This document shows, piece after piece, positions 1 through 11,951 of a stretch of 64,000 nucleotides of DNA. Origin of the DNA: Botryllus schlosseri (taxonomy: Eukaryota); contig CM119371.1 in assembly GCA_051294905.1 (NCBI GenBank), positions 14,758,001-14,822,000 of the forward strand. Direction: 5' to 3'. A program made the translations under genes and the position numbers. How positions within the stretch are numbered: the first letter of the stretch is position 1; each line of letters begins with the position of its first letter. A model generated the notes under the pieces. It did not search any database, was not told the DNA's origin, and saw only the letters and a list, made by a program, of their open reading frames with translations.

Positions 1-747
1 CATGATGCGATGTTGGATTTCCCGGAGGAATTCACAGCTATTTCCCTGCACTCATATATTTATGTGTTTTGTGAAGCTAAATCTGTTCATCGGCTCAATT
101 TTCGGAGAAAAAATTCAAAATGGGAAAAGATGGATGATATGATTTGCGACCATGGTTTGTCTCCAAGCTCAGTTTGTTTAACTGGATCCATAATCGTTAT
201 CGGAGGAAGTAGTTTTACAGAAAAAGCTGACGTCGAAAAATTTGACCCATCTGTTAATCAATGGTTTCTACTGCCAAATAAACCGTCGGCCATTTCTAAT
301 GCAAGTCTCGTGTCATTGGATGGTTCCATCTATTGTATCGGAGGTTGGCGAGATGAAGTCGAAGTTTCTTCATTTTGCAGATTCACTCCATCATCATCAG
401 AGTGGATTGATCTCGAGCCCATGAGATATCCTGTATGTGAGAGTGGTGTTGTTGCAGTTGATCAAAAGATATTTGTGACCGGTGGGTGGAGTGAAGATGA
501 GTCCCTCAACAATGTAGAATGTTACGATGTCACTTCAGCTCAATGGACTTCATTACCATCTATGAATTCATGTCATGGCAAGAATACTGTTTATCGCATC
601 GGTGATTGGATTTTTGTAGTGGATGCATTTGACAGTTCTCATGTGATTGAGAAGTACGATTCAATGAACAAAAAATGGCATAGAGTGAAAGAAGCTGATA
701 AACCTCTCTATCTCTGCGGATCTGTCATGGTGAAGGAATATGGTTGA
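1..747 (+). CDS. Kelch-repeat C-terminal part of a BTB-BACK-Kelch protein; 5' end lies outside the window
   Basis: Frame is open from base 1 (HDAMLDF...). Kelch motifs IIVIGG, IYCIGG, IFVTGG, VECYD...W. Colinear with the C-terminal half of the 7716-9329 protein. Confidence 0.9.
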   Translation, partial: HDAMLDFPEEFTAISLHSYIYVFCEAKSVHRLNFRRKNSKWEKMDDMICDHGLSPSSVCLTGSIIVIGGSSFTEKADVEKFDPSVNQWFLLPNKPSAISNASLVSLDGSIYCIGGWRDEVEVSSFCRFTPSSSEWIDLEPMRYPVCESGVVAVDQKIFVTGGWSEDESLNNVECYDVTSAQWTSLPSMNSCHGKNTVYRIGDWIFVVDAFDSSHVIEKYDSMNKKWHRVKEADKPLYLCGSVMVKEYG

Positions 748-1001
748 CGGATGACGCAGTATATTGTAAAGTGAACTAACTACCTCTGTGAGTAGACTAA
801 TGTTTAAACATGCATTGTTGAGCTTGGAATAAGTCTCAGTTGTGCTGAAGCTTCAAAGTGATGTTTGACTGTGTTTGAAACACTGTTTTATTGTAGTATG
901 ATCTGGTTGTACATCTATTTGGAGACGGCTTTTTAAGTAAGAAAATTATTATTTGGTAATTAGCTAATGACCATTCGTCGTTGCAGCTGATGGGTCTGGC
1001 G

Positions 1002-2625
1002 CAGTGGTTCCCTACCTTTTTCGGTGTCAGGGCCAAATTTAGAATTTCAGAGTACAGTCGGGGCCGCACGAATACCAGGGCAATGAAACGGACCCAAAAT
1101 AGTCATCAAAATATGAAAATTGGCATTGTTCCGATCAATCGTTTGACGCCATTGGCCATTGTTATAGTCATTGGGTTGCTGCGCTTCAATTGTTCAGAAC
1201 AATCGACCTTTGGTGGCTATTTCGGAGTAGTTATATTGCCCTGGCGAGATTTCAATTAGTTTTTCGTAACAGTGTGACACTAGCTTTTGATAAAGACCGG
1301 ACCCATCAAACTATTCGGAAGCTTCGGTCGTGAGCTATAAGACTATACCAATTATGCTGCTTTCGGGTTGGTTTAGTAAGTTAGCTTTTATCGCCTATAG
1401 ACACGCGAAGCGCGAAGATTTTCTTTAATTCATGATTGAATCGGTCAATATGATCGGGAATTGCTGCCATCAATTTTTATCCTCTCTCTGCTCGCGTAAT
1501 CAGTTTTACAGGTCGAGCCGAGGGAGGTGTGTTTGAAAAGGTAGGCCCCCTCAATAATAATTAAACATCTTCGGGCGTATACCCGTTGGCAGGAACGAAA
1601 CAGCACTTCGTCAGCCCCCCTAAAAATATAAAAATAAAAATAAACTTGGGCCTTGGGCTCCCGTAGGGTGATAAACATACCCCTATCACCTTGTTCGCTT
1701 TTGCCACGAAACTAGCTGTACCGTTCAGTGAGCCAGCGCGAAGCGCGAAAATTTTCGATAATTCGCGATAAAATCGGTCAATATGATCGGGAATTGCATA
1801 TATATTGCTATCAATTTCTTGTCTTGGCTGCTCACGTAATCAGATTTACCGGTAGAGCTGGGTGAGGTGTCTTGGAAACTGTAAGGCCCGTTAGTATGAT
1901 TCCGTAACATGTTATTTCGTGACCTACTGTCTGCTATATCAAAAAATATAGAATCGCCCAAACGTAGGCTTCTAAACTAATAGACGCGCACGATTTCAAG
2001 TTGGTATTTTTTCCCTGCGGAATGGTATTTGTCTCGTGAGGTTTAGTTTGCCAAGACAGTATTTTGTATAACTAACGAAGTTTTCGGTCAGCATAAGTAG
2101 GGCAGTCCTGTTCGGCCGAGGTTTTCTCGCTGCCGATCGTTATGACACACGTCTTGGAGTCGCATACATGGCCAAAATCTTAATATGTTGTGGCGCAGCA
2201 ATGGCCAACGCTGATATGCCCAGTGCCCATTTCTATAAATCTTGCGCATTTTTTCTTGGGGATGAGTAGCCTGCCCAAAAATCAAGATATTTGGCAGCAT
2301 GAAATCACGCCTAGAGCAAAAAGAATGAAACAGATGCATAAATTTTCAAAATGCTCGTTCGAGCTCGCTCTCCATTTCCCTCCCTCCATATCTATAGCTA
2401 CTGCTCGTTCAACTGGAATGTAATGGCACATTGCATTGAAACAGCAGTGACGTAACCATAGCAGTCTACTCACGACTTCCCTGCAATCCTAATTAAAAAC
2501 TCCAGACTCCAAGCCAAGCAAGTGTATTTGATAAATATAAATTTTATTTTTTGTCATAACTCGATTTCCTAATATTTTTGGGGGCCGCAAGAAGGCTAGC
2601 TGGGGGCCGCGGTTGGGAATCACTG
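1002..2625. mobile_element. Non-autonomous hAT-type element
   Basis: Ends CAGTGGTTCCC...GGGAATCACTG; 8-bp TSD GTCTGGCG at 994-1001 and 2626-2633. Confidence 0.9.
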
Positions 2626-4335
2626 GTCTGGCGTCTCTGATTATAGCACAAGTTTGTGCAACTATTTTACAGCTTCCGGAACTTTCCTAAATACTCAGAA
2701 TTTATGTAGAATGATGTTTTAAGCTGTTTGAAGGAATTTTACATTGTAACTTTTTCTATTTTTCCATGCTACTTTTTACTCCAACTTTTATCAAGTATAG
2801 CGCAAAACGTAAACGCGTGATTTTAAAAACATGCGATGAAACTATTTCCAGTATGGATCTCTCTTTGAGCTATGTGATTGATTAGCTGCATCTCAATGTT
2901 GTCTATGACACAATGGCTTGTCAGCTAGAAGTTCAACTACACGTGCTAAGCACTACAGTGCCTGAACTATATGTAAATAGATCGATTGATTGATTCACCG
3001 TCGTTTAAATATGAGGCCCTTCCCCAATTGACAGACGCCCAGCCAAGACCGCCGAAAATCACATAATCACTGGTCCCCTTTACAAGCTATTGCCAACACT
3101 GAGTTTCACTGCAATGCCTTGGACAATTTATCAGAGCTAGGGGGTTTGGGATGTGGTATTTGACTTGTATGGGTTAGCGCTCTGCTGTTTGGCTTTTTGC
3201 GGAAAACTAGTCACGTTATTTTCTTGTTGCTTCTCCCGGCCTTATGTGAAAAGGCAAAGCACCAAATTCGTCAGCTCTGCTGGAGCTGACAGCGAAAAGC
3301 TGTCATATAGGTTGAAAACCGAAAGAACATAAAAGTGTATGCATGATCAGCTTATACTTAGCTCATACTGCATGCTTAACATGCTTAACATGATTAGCTT
3401 ATACTGGCATTATATAAAGAAAATGCGAGAGTTCATCAAAGCAGTGAAGCTTGTCTGATCCATGTATGATAAGGGTTTCCGCATGTAGTAATAAATGGAT
3501 GCTACCATGGTAAATTTGAAGTGTTTTTAAACTCGTTTTTTGATCCCCGTTCTTCTTGGCTGGGTAAACTCGTAATTTTGTCACCATATACAAGCGACTA
3601 AGTTATTGGTGATATTAAACGCTTGTAAGTCGGTTTAAAAGTAATTATGTAGCATTTACACAGCTTGTTTATGAACTCTGCCGCACTATGACGTTACCTG
3701 TTTTTGACATCATCAATCCCGCATTCGTATTGAAAATTAGCGTCCGACGCTTATGTAAAATAGTTACAAATTTTGATTTCGCAAGATGTATCCTCACCAC
3801 TAACGCAAAATGACCAATGACCAGGCATGTTTATTTTTGGCATATGCCAAAAATACCAATACCGTAATAGTTTATTTTTCAGATTTTGTTTTTGCTAATT
3901 TTGGCATCGCCATGGAATCACGTTTGTAAACCTGAATTAACCATGTAAAACGCTTTAGTTTGGGTTTTCTTATCTCACGATAGTCTGAAAACGTGCAGTA
4001 TCCAATCTGCGCCATCACACACCAAGATTAGAAACCAAATTAAAATGATATTGGAGAGCAAATTCATCTGATACAAAACGGACTGCTTCTGCGATATGTA
4101 ATATTAATAGTTGACTTGCTACGCATGCGAAATTACATCATTCACACAATTCACTATACCACTTGTGCTAGTAATTCAAAAGGGTTTTTGAAGCGTTTAG
4201 ATCACAGCATTCACTACGAAATGAATAGTTATCACGAGTGTCTTCAATACTAAATGTATTATGGAAAAATCTCCATCGGGCAAGGAAAATCGATGAATGA
4301 GCTTGCCTTGATCACAGTTTTTGCTTATTGTACAG

Positions 4336-7300
4336 TAGGGTTGTCCATAATTTGGAAAATCTTACAAATCCTCGGTTGTAATGTCTTATTCGATAGATTA
4401 TTGATAAAAAAACGACACTGAGCCTGAAAGAAGCTCACAGAAAGGCCGTTAAGATTTCGTGCAAAGCGTTTGAAAGTAGCTGCCGAAGAATGGGCGTGCC
4501 ACCGACCATAGAACGGCGAGAAGACTAGTAATCAAGAAACCACGGCTCTTGATTGGATAATCGGCTATGCTTCAATGACCACGTCAGCAGCAGCTTGCTG
4601 ATTAGGTGAACAAGGAGTCTGCTACTGGCGGCGATTCTGAAAGCGCATTGTATGTAGGTTGACAGATAATGATTTAGGATTGATTAAGGGTACGTTGAGG
4701 TACGAAATACATGATGAACAAACAACAGCTGCTTCACAAAAACGTCTAAAGCATGACTGCTTTATTGTGAAAGAAACCGCCGTAGCCTATATGCCTTGTT
4801 TTCAACGAGGGAAAGCATAGGCGCTTATGCAAGTGGCGACGGATTCCTAGTTTCAGAAATAATATATCATTATTGAATACAAAGATAAAGCTTAACAATG
4901 ACACTATAGTTTGTGTGATCTCATTGGGCTCAGGTTGTAGTACATAGTTGAAGTTTTGAAAGCTCTAAGGGTCGGCTGAATCAGCGGGTTATGCTTGGCA
5001 CTTGTCAGATGCTTGCATCAAACTGTATTCACTTGCAAGTGTTGTCAGAGTCCTTGATGATGACGCAGAAAAGAGGCGTAAAAGTAAGCACATAATATGC
5101 TGGATATGATATGTCAAATTCCTTAATAATCGCGCAGAAAAGGGGTGTAAAGGTAAACACAGACAATGCTGCATAGTGCATAGTATCCAGCATAGTTTGC
5201 ATATCATATCAAGCAGGGTCTGTGCTTGCATTTAAACCTCGTTTCTGCGACATCATTAGGGACTTTGAAAACATTTACAAGTGAATTCAATTTGCTGCAA
5301 ACATCTGATGAGTGCTAAGCCTAACCGTCTGGTTCAGCCGATCGCTAGAGCATTCAAAACTTCAACTATGTACTGCAACCTGAGCCCAATAAGATCACCT
5401 AACTTATAGTGTCATTGTTAAGCTTTATCTTTGTATTCAATAATGATATATTATTTCTGAAACTAGGAATCCGTCGCCACTTGCATAAGCGCCTATGATT
5501 TACCTCGTTGAAAACAAGGCATATAGGCTACAGCGGTTTCCTTCACAATGAAGCGGTCATGCTTCAGACGTTTTTGTGAAGCAGCTGTTGTTTGTACATC
5601 ATGTATTTCGTACCTCAAGATACCTTGAATCAATCCTAAATCATTATCTGTCAACCTACATATAATGCGCTTTCAGAATCGCCGCCAGTAGCAGACTCCT
5701 TGTTCACCTAATCAGCAAGCTGCTGCTGACGTGGTCATTGAAGCATGGCCGATTATCCAATCAAGAGCCGTGGTTTCTTGATTACTAGTCTTCTCGCCGT
5801 TCTATTGTCGGTGGCACGCCCATTCTTCGGCAGCTACTTTCAAACGCTTTGCACGAAATCTTAACGGCCATTCTGTGAGCTTCTTTCAGGCTCAGTGTCG
5901 TTTTTTATCAATAATCTATCGAATAAGACATTACAACCGAGGATTTGTAAGATTTTCCAAATTATGGACAACCCTAGTGAACAAGGAGTCTGCTACTGGC
6001 GGCGATTCTGAAAGCGCATTGTATGTAGGTTGACAGATAATGATTTAGGATTGATTCAAGGTATCTTGAGGTACGAAATACATGATGTACAAACAACAGC
6101 TGCTTCACAAAAACGTCTAAAGCATGACCGCTTCATTGTGAAGGAAACCGCTGTAGCCTATATGCCTTGTTTTCAACGAGGTAAAGCATAGGCGCTTATG
6201 CAAGTGGCGACGGATTCCTAGTTTCAGAAATAATATATCATTATTGAATACAAAGATAAAGCTTAACAATGACACTATAAGTTAGGTGATCTTATTGGGC
6301 TCAGGTTGCAGTACATAGTTGAAGTTTTGAATGCTCTAGCGATCGGCTGAACCAGACGGTTAGGCTTAGCACTCATCAGATGTTTGCAGCAAATTGAATT
6401 CACTTGTAAATGTTTTCAAAGTCCCTAATGATGTCGCAGAAACGAGGTTTAAATGCAAGCACAGACCCTGCTTGATATGATATGCAAACTATGCTGGATA
6501 CTATGCACTATGCAGCATTGTCTGTGTTTACCTTTACACCCCTTTTCTGCGCGATTATTAAGGAATTTGACATATCATATCCAGCATATTATGTGCTTAC
6601 TTTTACGCCTCTTTTGTGCGTCATCATCAAGGACTCTGACAACACTTGCAAGTGAATACAGTTTGATGCAAGCATCTGACAAGTGCCAAGCATAACCCGC
6701 TGATTCAGCCGACCCTTAGAGCTTTCAAACCTTCAACTATGTACTACAACCTGAGCCCAATGAGATCACACAAACTATAGTGTCATTGTTAAGCTTTATC
6801 TTTGTATTCAATAATGATATATTATTTCTGAAACTAGGAATCCGTCGCCACTTGCATAAGCGCCTATGCTTTCCCTCGTTGAAAACAAGGCATATAGGCT
6901 ACGGCGGTTTCTTTCACAATAAAGCAGTCATGCTTTAGACGTTTTTGTGAAGCAGCTGTTGTTTGTTCATCATGTATTTCGTACCTCAACGTACCCTTAA
7001 TCAATCCTAAATCATTATCTGTCAACCTACATACAATGCGCTTTCAGAATCGCCGCCAGTAGCAGACTCCTTGTTCACCTAATCAGCAAGCTGCTGCTGA
7101 CGTGGTCATTGAAGCATAGCCGATTATCCAATCAAGAGCCGTGGTTTCTTGATTACTAGTCTTCTCGCCGTTCTATGGTCGGTGGCACGCCCATTCTTCG
7201 GCAGCTACTTTCAAACGCTTTGCAGGAAATCTTAACGGCCTTTCTGTGAGCTTCTTTCAGGCTCAGTGTCGTTTTTTATCAATAATCTATCGAATAAGAC

Positions 7301-7347
7301 ATTACAACCGAGGATTTGTAAGATTTTCCAAATTATGGACAACCCTA
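4336..7347. mobile_element. hAT-type foldback element, present as a palindromic 3-kb composite
   Basis: Ends TAGGGTTGTCCATAATTTGG...CCAAATTATGGACAACCCTA; 8-bp TSD TTGTACAG at 4328-4335 and 7348-7355. Internal terminus at 5976; arms ~650 bp. A homologous empty site is present near 53730-53745. Confidence 0.92.
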
Positions 7348-7715
7348 TTGTACAGCTAGACGTTGGTCAATTATTTTGTATTCTACGTTTTCATGTCTGT
7401 ATTCAGGTAGATGTTTTCTGTAACCTGTCCAAGAGGCTAATGTTGATGATGTTTTTGTAATATTATAATTGACTAGCTTCTATTTAAAAGCTTCAATGAA
7501 TGTCTCTGCAATTTTCGAAAAATGTCTGAATGTATTCCACTGTGGAATTATCAATCAATATATATTAACGTGGTTGGTTACCGGCAGTTATCGATACAGG
7601 TTATTTTGTCGATGTGAATGATTTGTGTGTACTTAGACTCTAATCATGTGTATTTTAAAAACAGCACCATAGTCCTTAATATAGAAATATCCTTGACAAG
7701 TCATTGGTGACCATT

Positions 7716-9329
7716 ATGCAGGTTGTTTGTCAAGATGTGGCAAGACATGCTATGAGGATGCTCGAGGAATTACATCGAATGAAGCAAGATGATGATCATT
7801 GTGATTTCATCATCCAAGTCGGAGATGATGTCTATCGTACACACAAAAATGTATTGTCGGCTGGTTCCGCTTATTTTAGAGCCATGTTAAAGTATGACAC
7901 GAAGGAGAGTCGCGACAGAAAAGTTGTCTTGAAAGATGTGGATTCTCATTGTGTGAAAAATTGCATCGATTTCATATATTCGGGTAAATTTGAGATTCCT
8001 GATGGAAGTATCATTGAACTTCTTCACGCCGCAATGATGATGCAGCTGGATGACGTAAAGCAAGCCGTATCTAATATTTTGGAGGAATCAATTACCATTA
8101 AAAATTACTTCTCTACCAGAAATGTGAGTGATATTTATGGACTGGCTAATGTTTCTTTGAGATGCAGAATATTTTTACAAGATAACATCATAGAAATCTC
8201 AGACCAAGCGGGATTTGAAAGCATTGACAAAGACGACCTTCTCGGCCTTCTGAAGTCGGGAAAATTGAAATTATGGGAAGAAGAAAAACTTGCATTATCG
8301 CTCAAGTGGATTGACAAATCTCAAAGTAAAAGCGAATTTTTGCATGAATTTCTCGAAGTAATCAAGTTTGATCTAATATCCCCGGCATATTTGCAACAGA
8401 TTTTAGAAACTCACCCCCACATAAGTAATGACTCCGAGCTGTACAAGTTATTCACTAGTGATATCTGGAAAGCTTCTATTAAGGCAAAAGAAGATGATGA
8501 TGCTGACAAATTGATAATTCTTTTTGATGATGACTCAAAATGCCTCCGATCCTTCAATCCAATAACCGAGGAAATAGAAAAGTTTCATGATGCAAAGTTG
8601 GAGTTCTCAATGGATTTCACAGCGATTTCTCTGGACTCATATATTTATGTCTTTTGTAAAGCTAAATCTGTTCATCGACTCAATTTTCAGAGAAAAAATT
8701 CGAAATGGGAAAAGATGGATGATATGATATGCGACCATGGTTCATCTCCAAGCTCAGTTTGTTTAACCGGATCCATAATCGTTATCGGAGGAAGTGGTTT
8801 TACAGAAAAAGCTGATGTCGAAAGATTTGACCCATCTGTAAATCAATGGTTTTTACTGCCAAACAAACCGTCAGCAATTTCCAATGCTAGTCTCGTATCG
8901 TTGGATGGTTCCATCTATTGTATCGGAGGTTGGCGAGATGGTGCAGAAGTTTCTTCATTCTGCAGACTCACTCCATCCTCATCAGAGTGGGTTGATCTCG
9001 CGCCAATGAGATATCCTGCTGATGGCTGTGGTGTTGTTGCAGTTGACCAAAAGATATTTGTGACGAGTGGGATGACTGAAGATGATATCCTCAACAATGT
9101 AGAATGTTACAATGTTACTTCAGCTCAATGGACTTCGTTGTCATCTATGAATTTAACTCATGGCAACAATAGTGCTTATCGCATCAGTAATTGGATTTTT
9201 GTAGTCGATGAGTTTGGTGACTCTCATGACATTGAGAAGTACGATTTATGGAACAAAAAATGGTGTAACATGGAAAAAGAACCAAATCATTTGTTCGAAG
9301 TTTGCGGATCTGTAATGGTGAAGCTATAG
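7716..9329 (+). CDS. BTB-BACK-Kelch (KLHL-like) protein, intact, intronless CDS, 537 aa from first ATG
   Basis: BTB (CDFIIQV...HKNVLSAGSAYFRAML), BACK-like helical region (WEEEKL...KWI), Kelch repeats. ORF track starts at TTG 7704; first ATG is 7716. Confidence 0.93.
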   Translation: MQVVCQDVARHAMRMLEELHRMKQDDDHCDFIIQVGDDVYRTHKNVLSAGSAYFRAMLKYDTKESRDRKVVLKDVDSHCVKNCIDFIYSGKFEIPDGSIIELLHAAMMMQLDDVKQAVSNILEESITIKNYFSTRNVSDIYGLANVSLRCRIFLQDNIIEISDQAGFESIDKDDLLGLLKSGKLKLWEEEKLALSLKWIDKSQSKSEFLHEFLEVIKFDLISPAYLQQILETHPHISNDSELYKLFTSDIWKASIKAKEDDDADKLIILFDDDSKCLRSFNPITEEIEKFHDAKLEFSMDFTAISLDSYIYVFCKAKSVHRLNFQRKNSKWEKMDDMICDHGSSPSSVCLTGSIIVIGGSGFTEKADVERFDPSVNQWFLLPNKPSAISNASLVSLDGSIYCIGGWRDGAEVSSFCRLTPSSSEWVDLAPMRYPADGCGVVAVDQKIFVTSGMTEDDILNNVECYNVTSAQWTSLSSMNLTHGNNSAYRISNWIFVVDEFGDSHDIEKYDLWNKKWCNMEKEPNHLFEVCGSVMVKL

Positions 9330-9534
9330 ATCACTGGCTCATAAACTGTCTGATGTACTGATCTTAGGGGGTCGTGACATATACTAGCGTGGGCCAGAAA
9401 CTTACGTGTATAATGTTTAAACATGCATTTTTAAGATCGGAATAAGTTTACTTTCTGTTTAAACTTAAACATATTTGGCAATCGGATTTGAAGCTACATT
9501 GTGGCACTAGCAATCATGGTTGTATTCATTATAC

Positions 9535-10498
9535 CAGTGGTTCCCAACAGTTTTAGTCTTGTGGCCCCCTTGGCCGATATTTGAGCTACAATTTCCCCCA
9601 TATGAAAAATTTGCCTGTGACTAAAAAAGGGTGCTTTTTAATGCACAACCATTTGTTGACTGAGCAATTACTGGCCAAATATATTCAGATATGTCCGAAC
9701 TTTGTCGAATGCGGACCGCACTACACTTTGGTAGAGTACTGCTAAATTTGACCTGTTTTTTCCCGGTCGGGTAGTCGATGACGAAAAATATATCACCAAG
9801 TCCACTTGTTATGGCCTTGAGTCGAATCAATGAATTTGATATGTTTTATGTCGAATATGTTTTTCACGCTTGCTCATATGTCGGCTTAAAAAGGTAAAGA
9901 ATTTCACCAGCGGCCTTGTGCTGAATTTGGCTGGACTTTTTCCTGCTTAGTAGCAATTTGGTCAATAGGCTGTCGCGGGGCCCACGAAATCGTCCACGAG
10001 CCTCACTTTATAAGGGGGTGTAATATTTATGGAAGGCATTTTAAAATACACCCAGCTTAAAATCCACCAAAGAAACATTCAATTGTAAAGAACTAGTTTC
10101 TACTTAACAGTTATACCATGAAATTAAAAAAAAAAAGTTGAACCCAGTTTGTTTTTATTTTGAGGTGTACGTGGTGTGTGTTGACTAGCATGGTCATTTA
10201 CACTAGACCAATTTCCTTCATTTTATTATTCCGTAGCTGCCCACTGCTAGGCTTTTATAAGACACCGTGTACCCGTACACGGACGAGATGGCAAGGAGGA
10301 GCCTAGATAAACCCACACCACTTGGGTGGGAATTCTGGAGTCGGACTCGAGCCCACAACCCATTGGTGTTGCAGTAGTGGATTACACCACTGTGCTATCT
10401 CAACACACATTTTGAACCCAGTGTATCTTCCGATACAACGCCAAAGCCCAATTCCCCCCTTAAAATTTCCAAATTCCCCCCCCGGTTGGTAACCACTG
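9535..10498. mobile_element. Non-autonomous hAT-type element containing a SINE
   Basis: Ends CAGTGGTTCCCAAC...GTTGGTAACCACTG; TSD CATTATAC at 9527-9534 and 10499-10506. Confidence 0.9.
10149..10411 (-). mobile_element. tRNA-derived SINE
   Basis: Minus strand has A-box-like TAGCACAGTGG and B-box-like GGCTCGAGTCC plus an A-rich 3' end; direct repeat TTGAACCCAGT at 10138-10148 and 10412-10422. Confidence 0.8.
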
Positions 10499-10524
10499 CA
10501 TTATACTGAGTGACAGCTTGAATA

Positions 10525-11318
10525 CCGTAATTTTCCCTGTATAATGCGCACAATTTTCACGATTTTTTGCCCTAAAATATGGGGGTGCGCATTATACATG
10601 GGTATAACAAGCCTTGAAAAAAATCTCCCTCGATGAAAAACTTGAAATCACTCCTTTCTTCATGTTCGTTTCCAATTGCGCTTCGCTTTCAGCCATCGCA
10701 CACAGTAATCCGTATTACAGTGTAATGCGCTGCCAATTAGCAGGAAGCGTGTTGCGAATTAATGAGAGTCGTGTTCACAAGCACTCCTGCTGAGTTGGTT
10801 TGCCGTTTGTTCGCGAGCGAAATTAGGTCACTCGTAGGCAATCACGCGCAGCAATTCTCACGAATTCATTGTGTTAACAGCAACCCCGAACAATCGCATA
10901 TACATATACAAGAGGTCATGTGCGCAAGATATATTCGCTTGCGTAATCAGTCGCATCTCCAACAGACCTAGTGCGCACGACATAACCGTTCGTCTGAGCA
11001 ATAGCATATGTAATAGGCTTCGTGCGGTTTGTTGGCCTAATCTATCTAGCCGTCGACCTCTCAGGCTTTGGCTGCTTGTTATCTACTATCGTTTAAAGAC
11101 AATTCCGTTGATTGTATAATGATTAGCGATGGTCATGTCATGATTGTTCAACAGTGACATCGCAAAACAGAATGACATCGTGTACTAAATCGGAACTATT
11201 CATGTACTGAAATGCAAAGTGCGTACTATACATGGGTACAGGCTTTTTCCCAGAATTTGCATGCTATTTTAGGGGTGCGTATTATACACGGGGGCGCACT
11301 ATTATTGGAAAATAACGG
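10525..11318. mobile_element. Tc1/mariner (pogo/Tigger-like) MITE
   Basis: TA|CCGTAATTTTCC...GGAAAATAACGG|TA, with subterminal repeats GGTGCGCATTATAC. Second copy at 51258-53302. Confidence 0.85.
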
Positions 11319-11951
11319 TAATTATTAAAATAGTTTTGAGTGACAAATTTAAAAGTACAGTTTTGATCGTTTGAGTAAGCAAAGTAAAGTTCCTGCGATC
11401 TATTTGTATCAATCAACTGCTAAATCATATTCAATTTATCATGCCAACTTCATGTCACCTCTATCCGCAGGTTGTCAAAATAGTCAGCTTTGTTACTAAA
11501 AATAGAGGTTGAAATCTGCCATCAATATCCAAGACATGGCAATTCTATTTCAAACCAAAGTAGAAAACGAATGCATTACTGACCAATTCTGACCGCTGTT
11601 CTACACGATATAGCTCATTCAAAACAGGCAAAGTATTTGATGTTTTATTGTATTGTATTGCCTCTATTCCGACAGATGTTTTCAGTCCCCCGAAACAGAA
11701 GACAGAGTTGCTGATTTTGCTCCCTCTGGTTTATGCACGATATGTAGCAGTACGGCACCTTCGTAAACTTTTTGAGAAATTATCAATCAATGTAAATGTA
11801 GTTGGTTACCGATAGTTTTTGTCAATGCATGCTACTCCATCGATATGTGTGTATTTCCACTCTGTATTTCTCAATATCTGGTGATATAAATCAAATTTGC
11901 TTTCAAGACAGTACAATTATCTTAAATAGCCTTTAAAAGTGATTGGTGATC

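Noticed and set aside
4989..6695. Twin 80-aa ORFs on opposite strands (4989-5231, 6453-6695)
   Set aside because: They result from the inverted duplication of the foldback core; no recognisable domain.
10330..10410. Possible tRNA gene
   Set aside because: A/B boxes are followed by a ~190-bp body, an A-rich tail and a TSD, which fits a SINE; no convincing cloverleaf.
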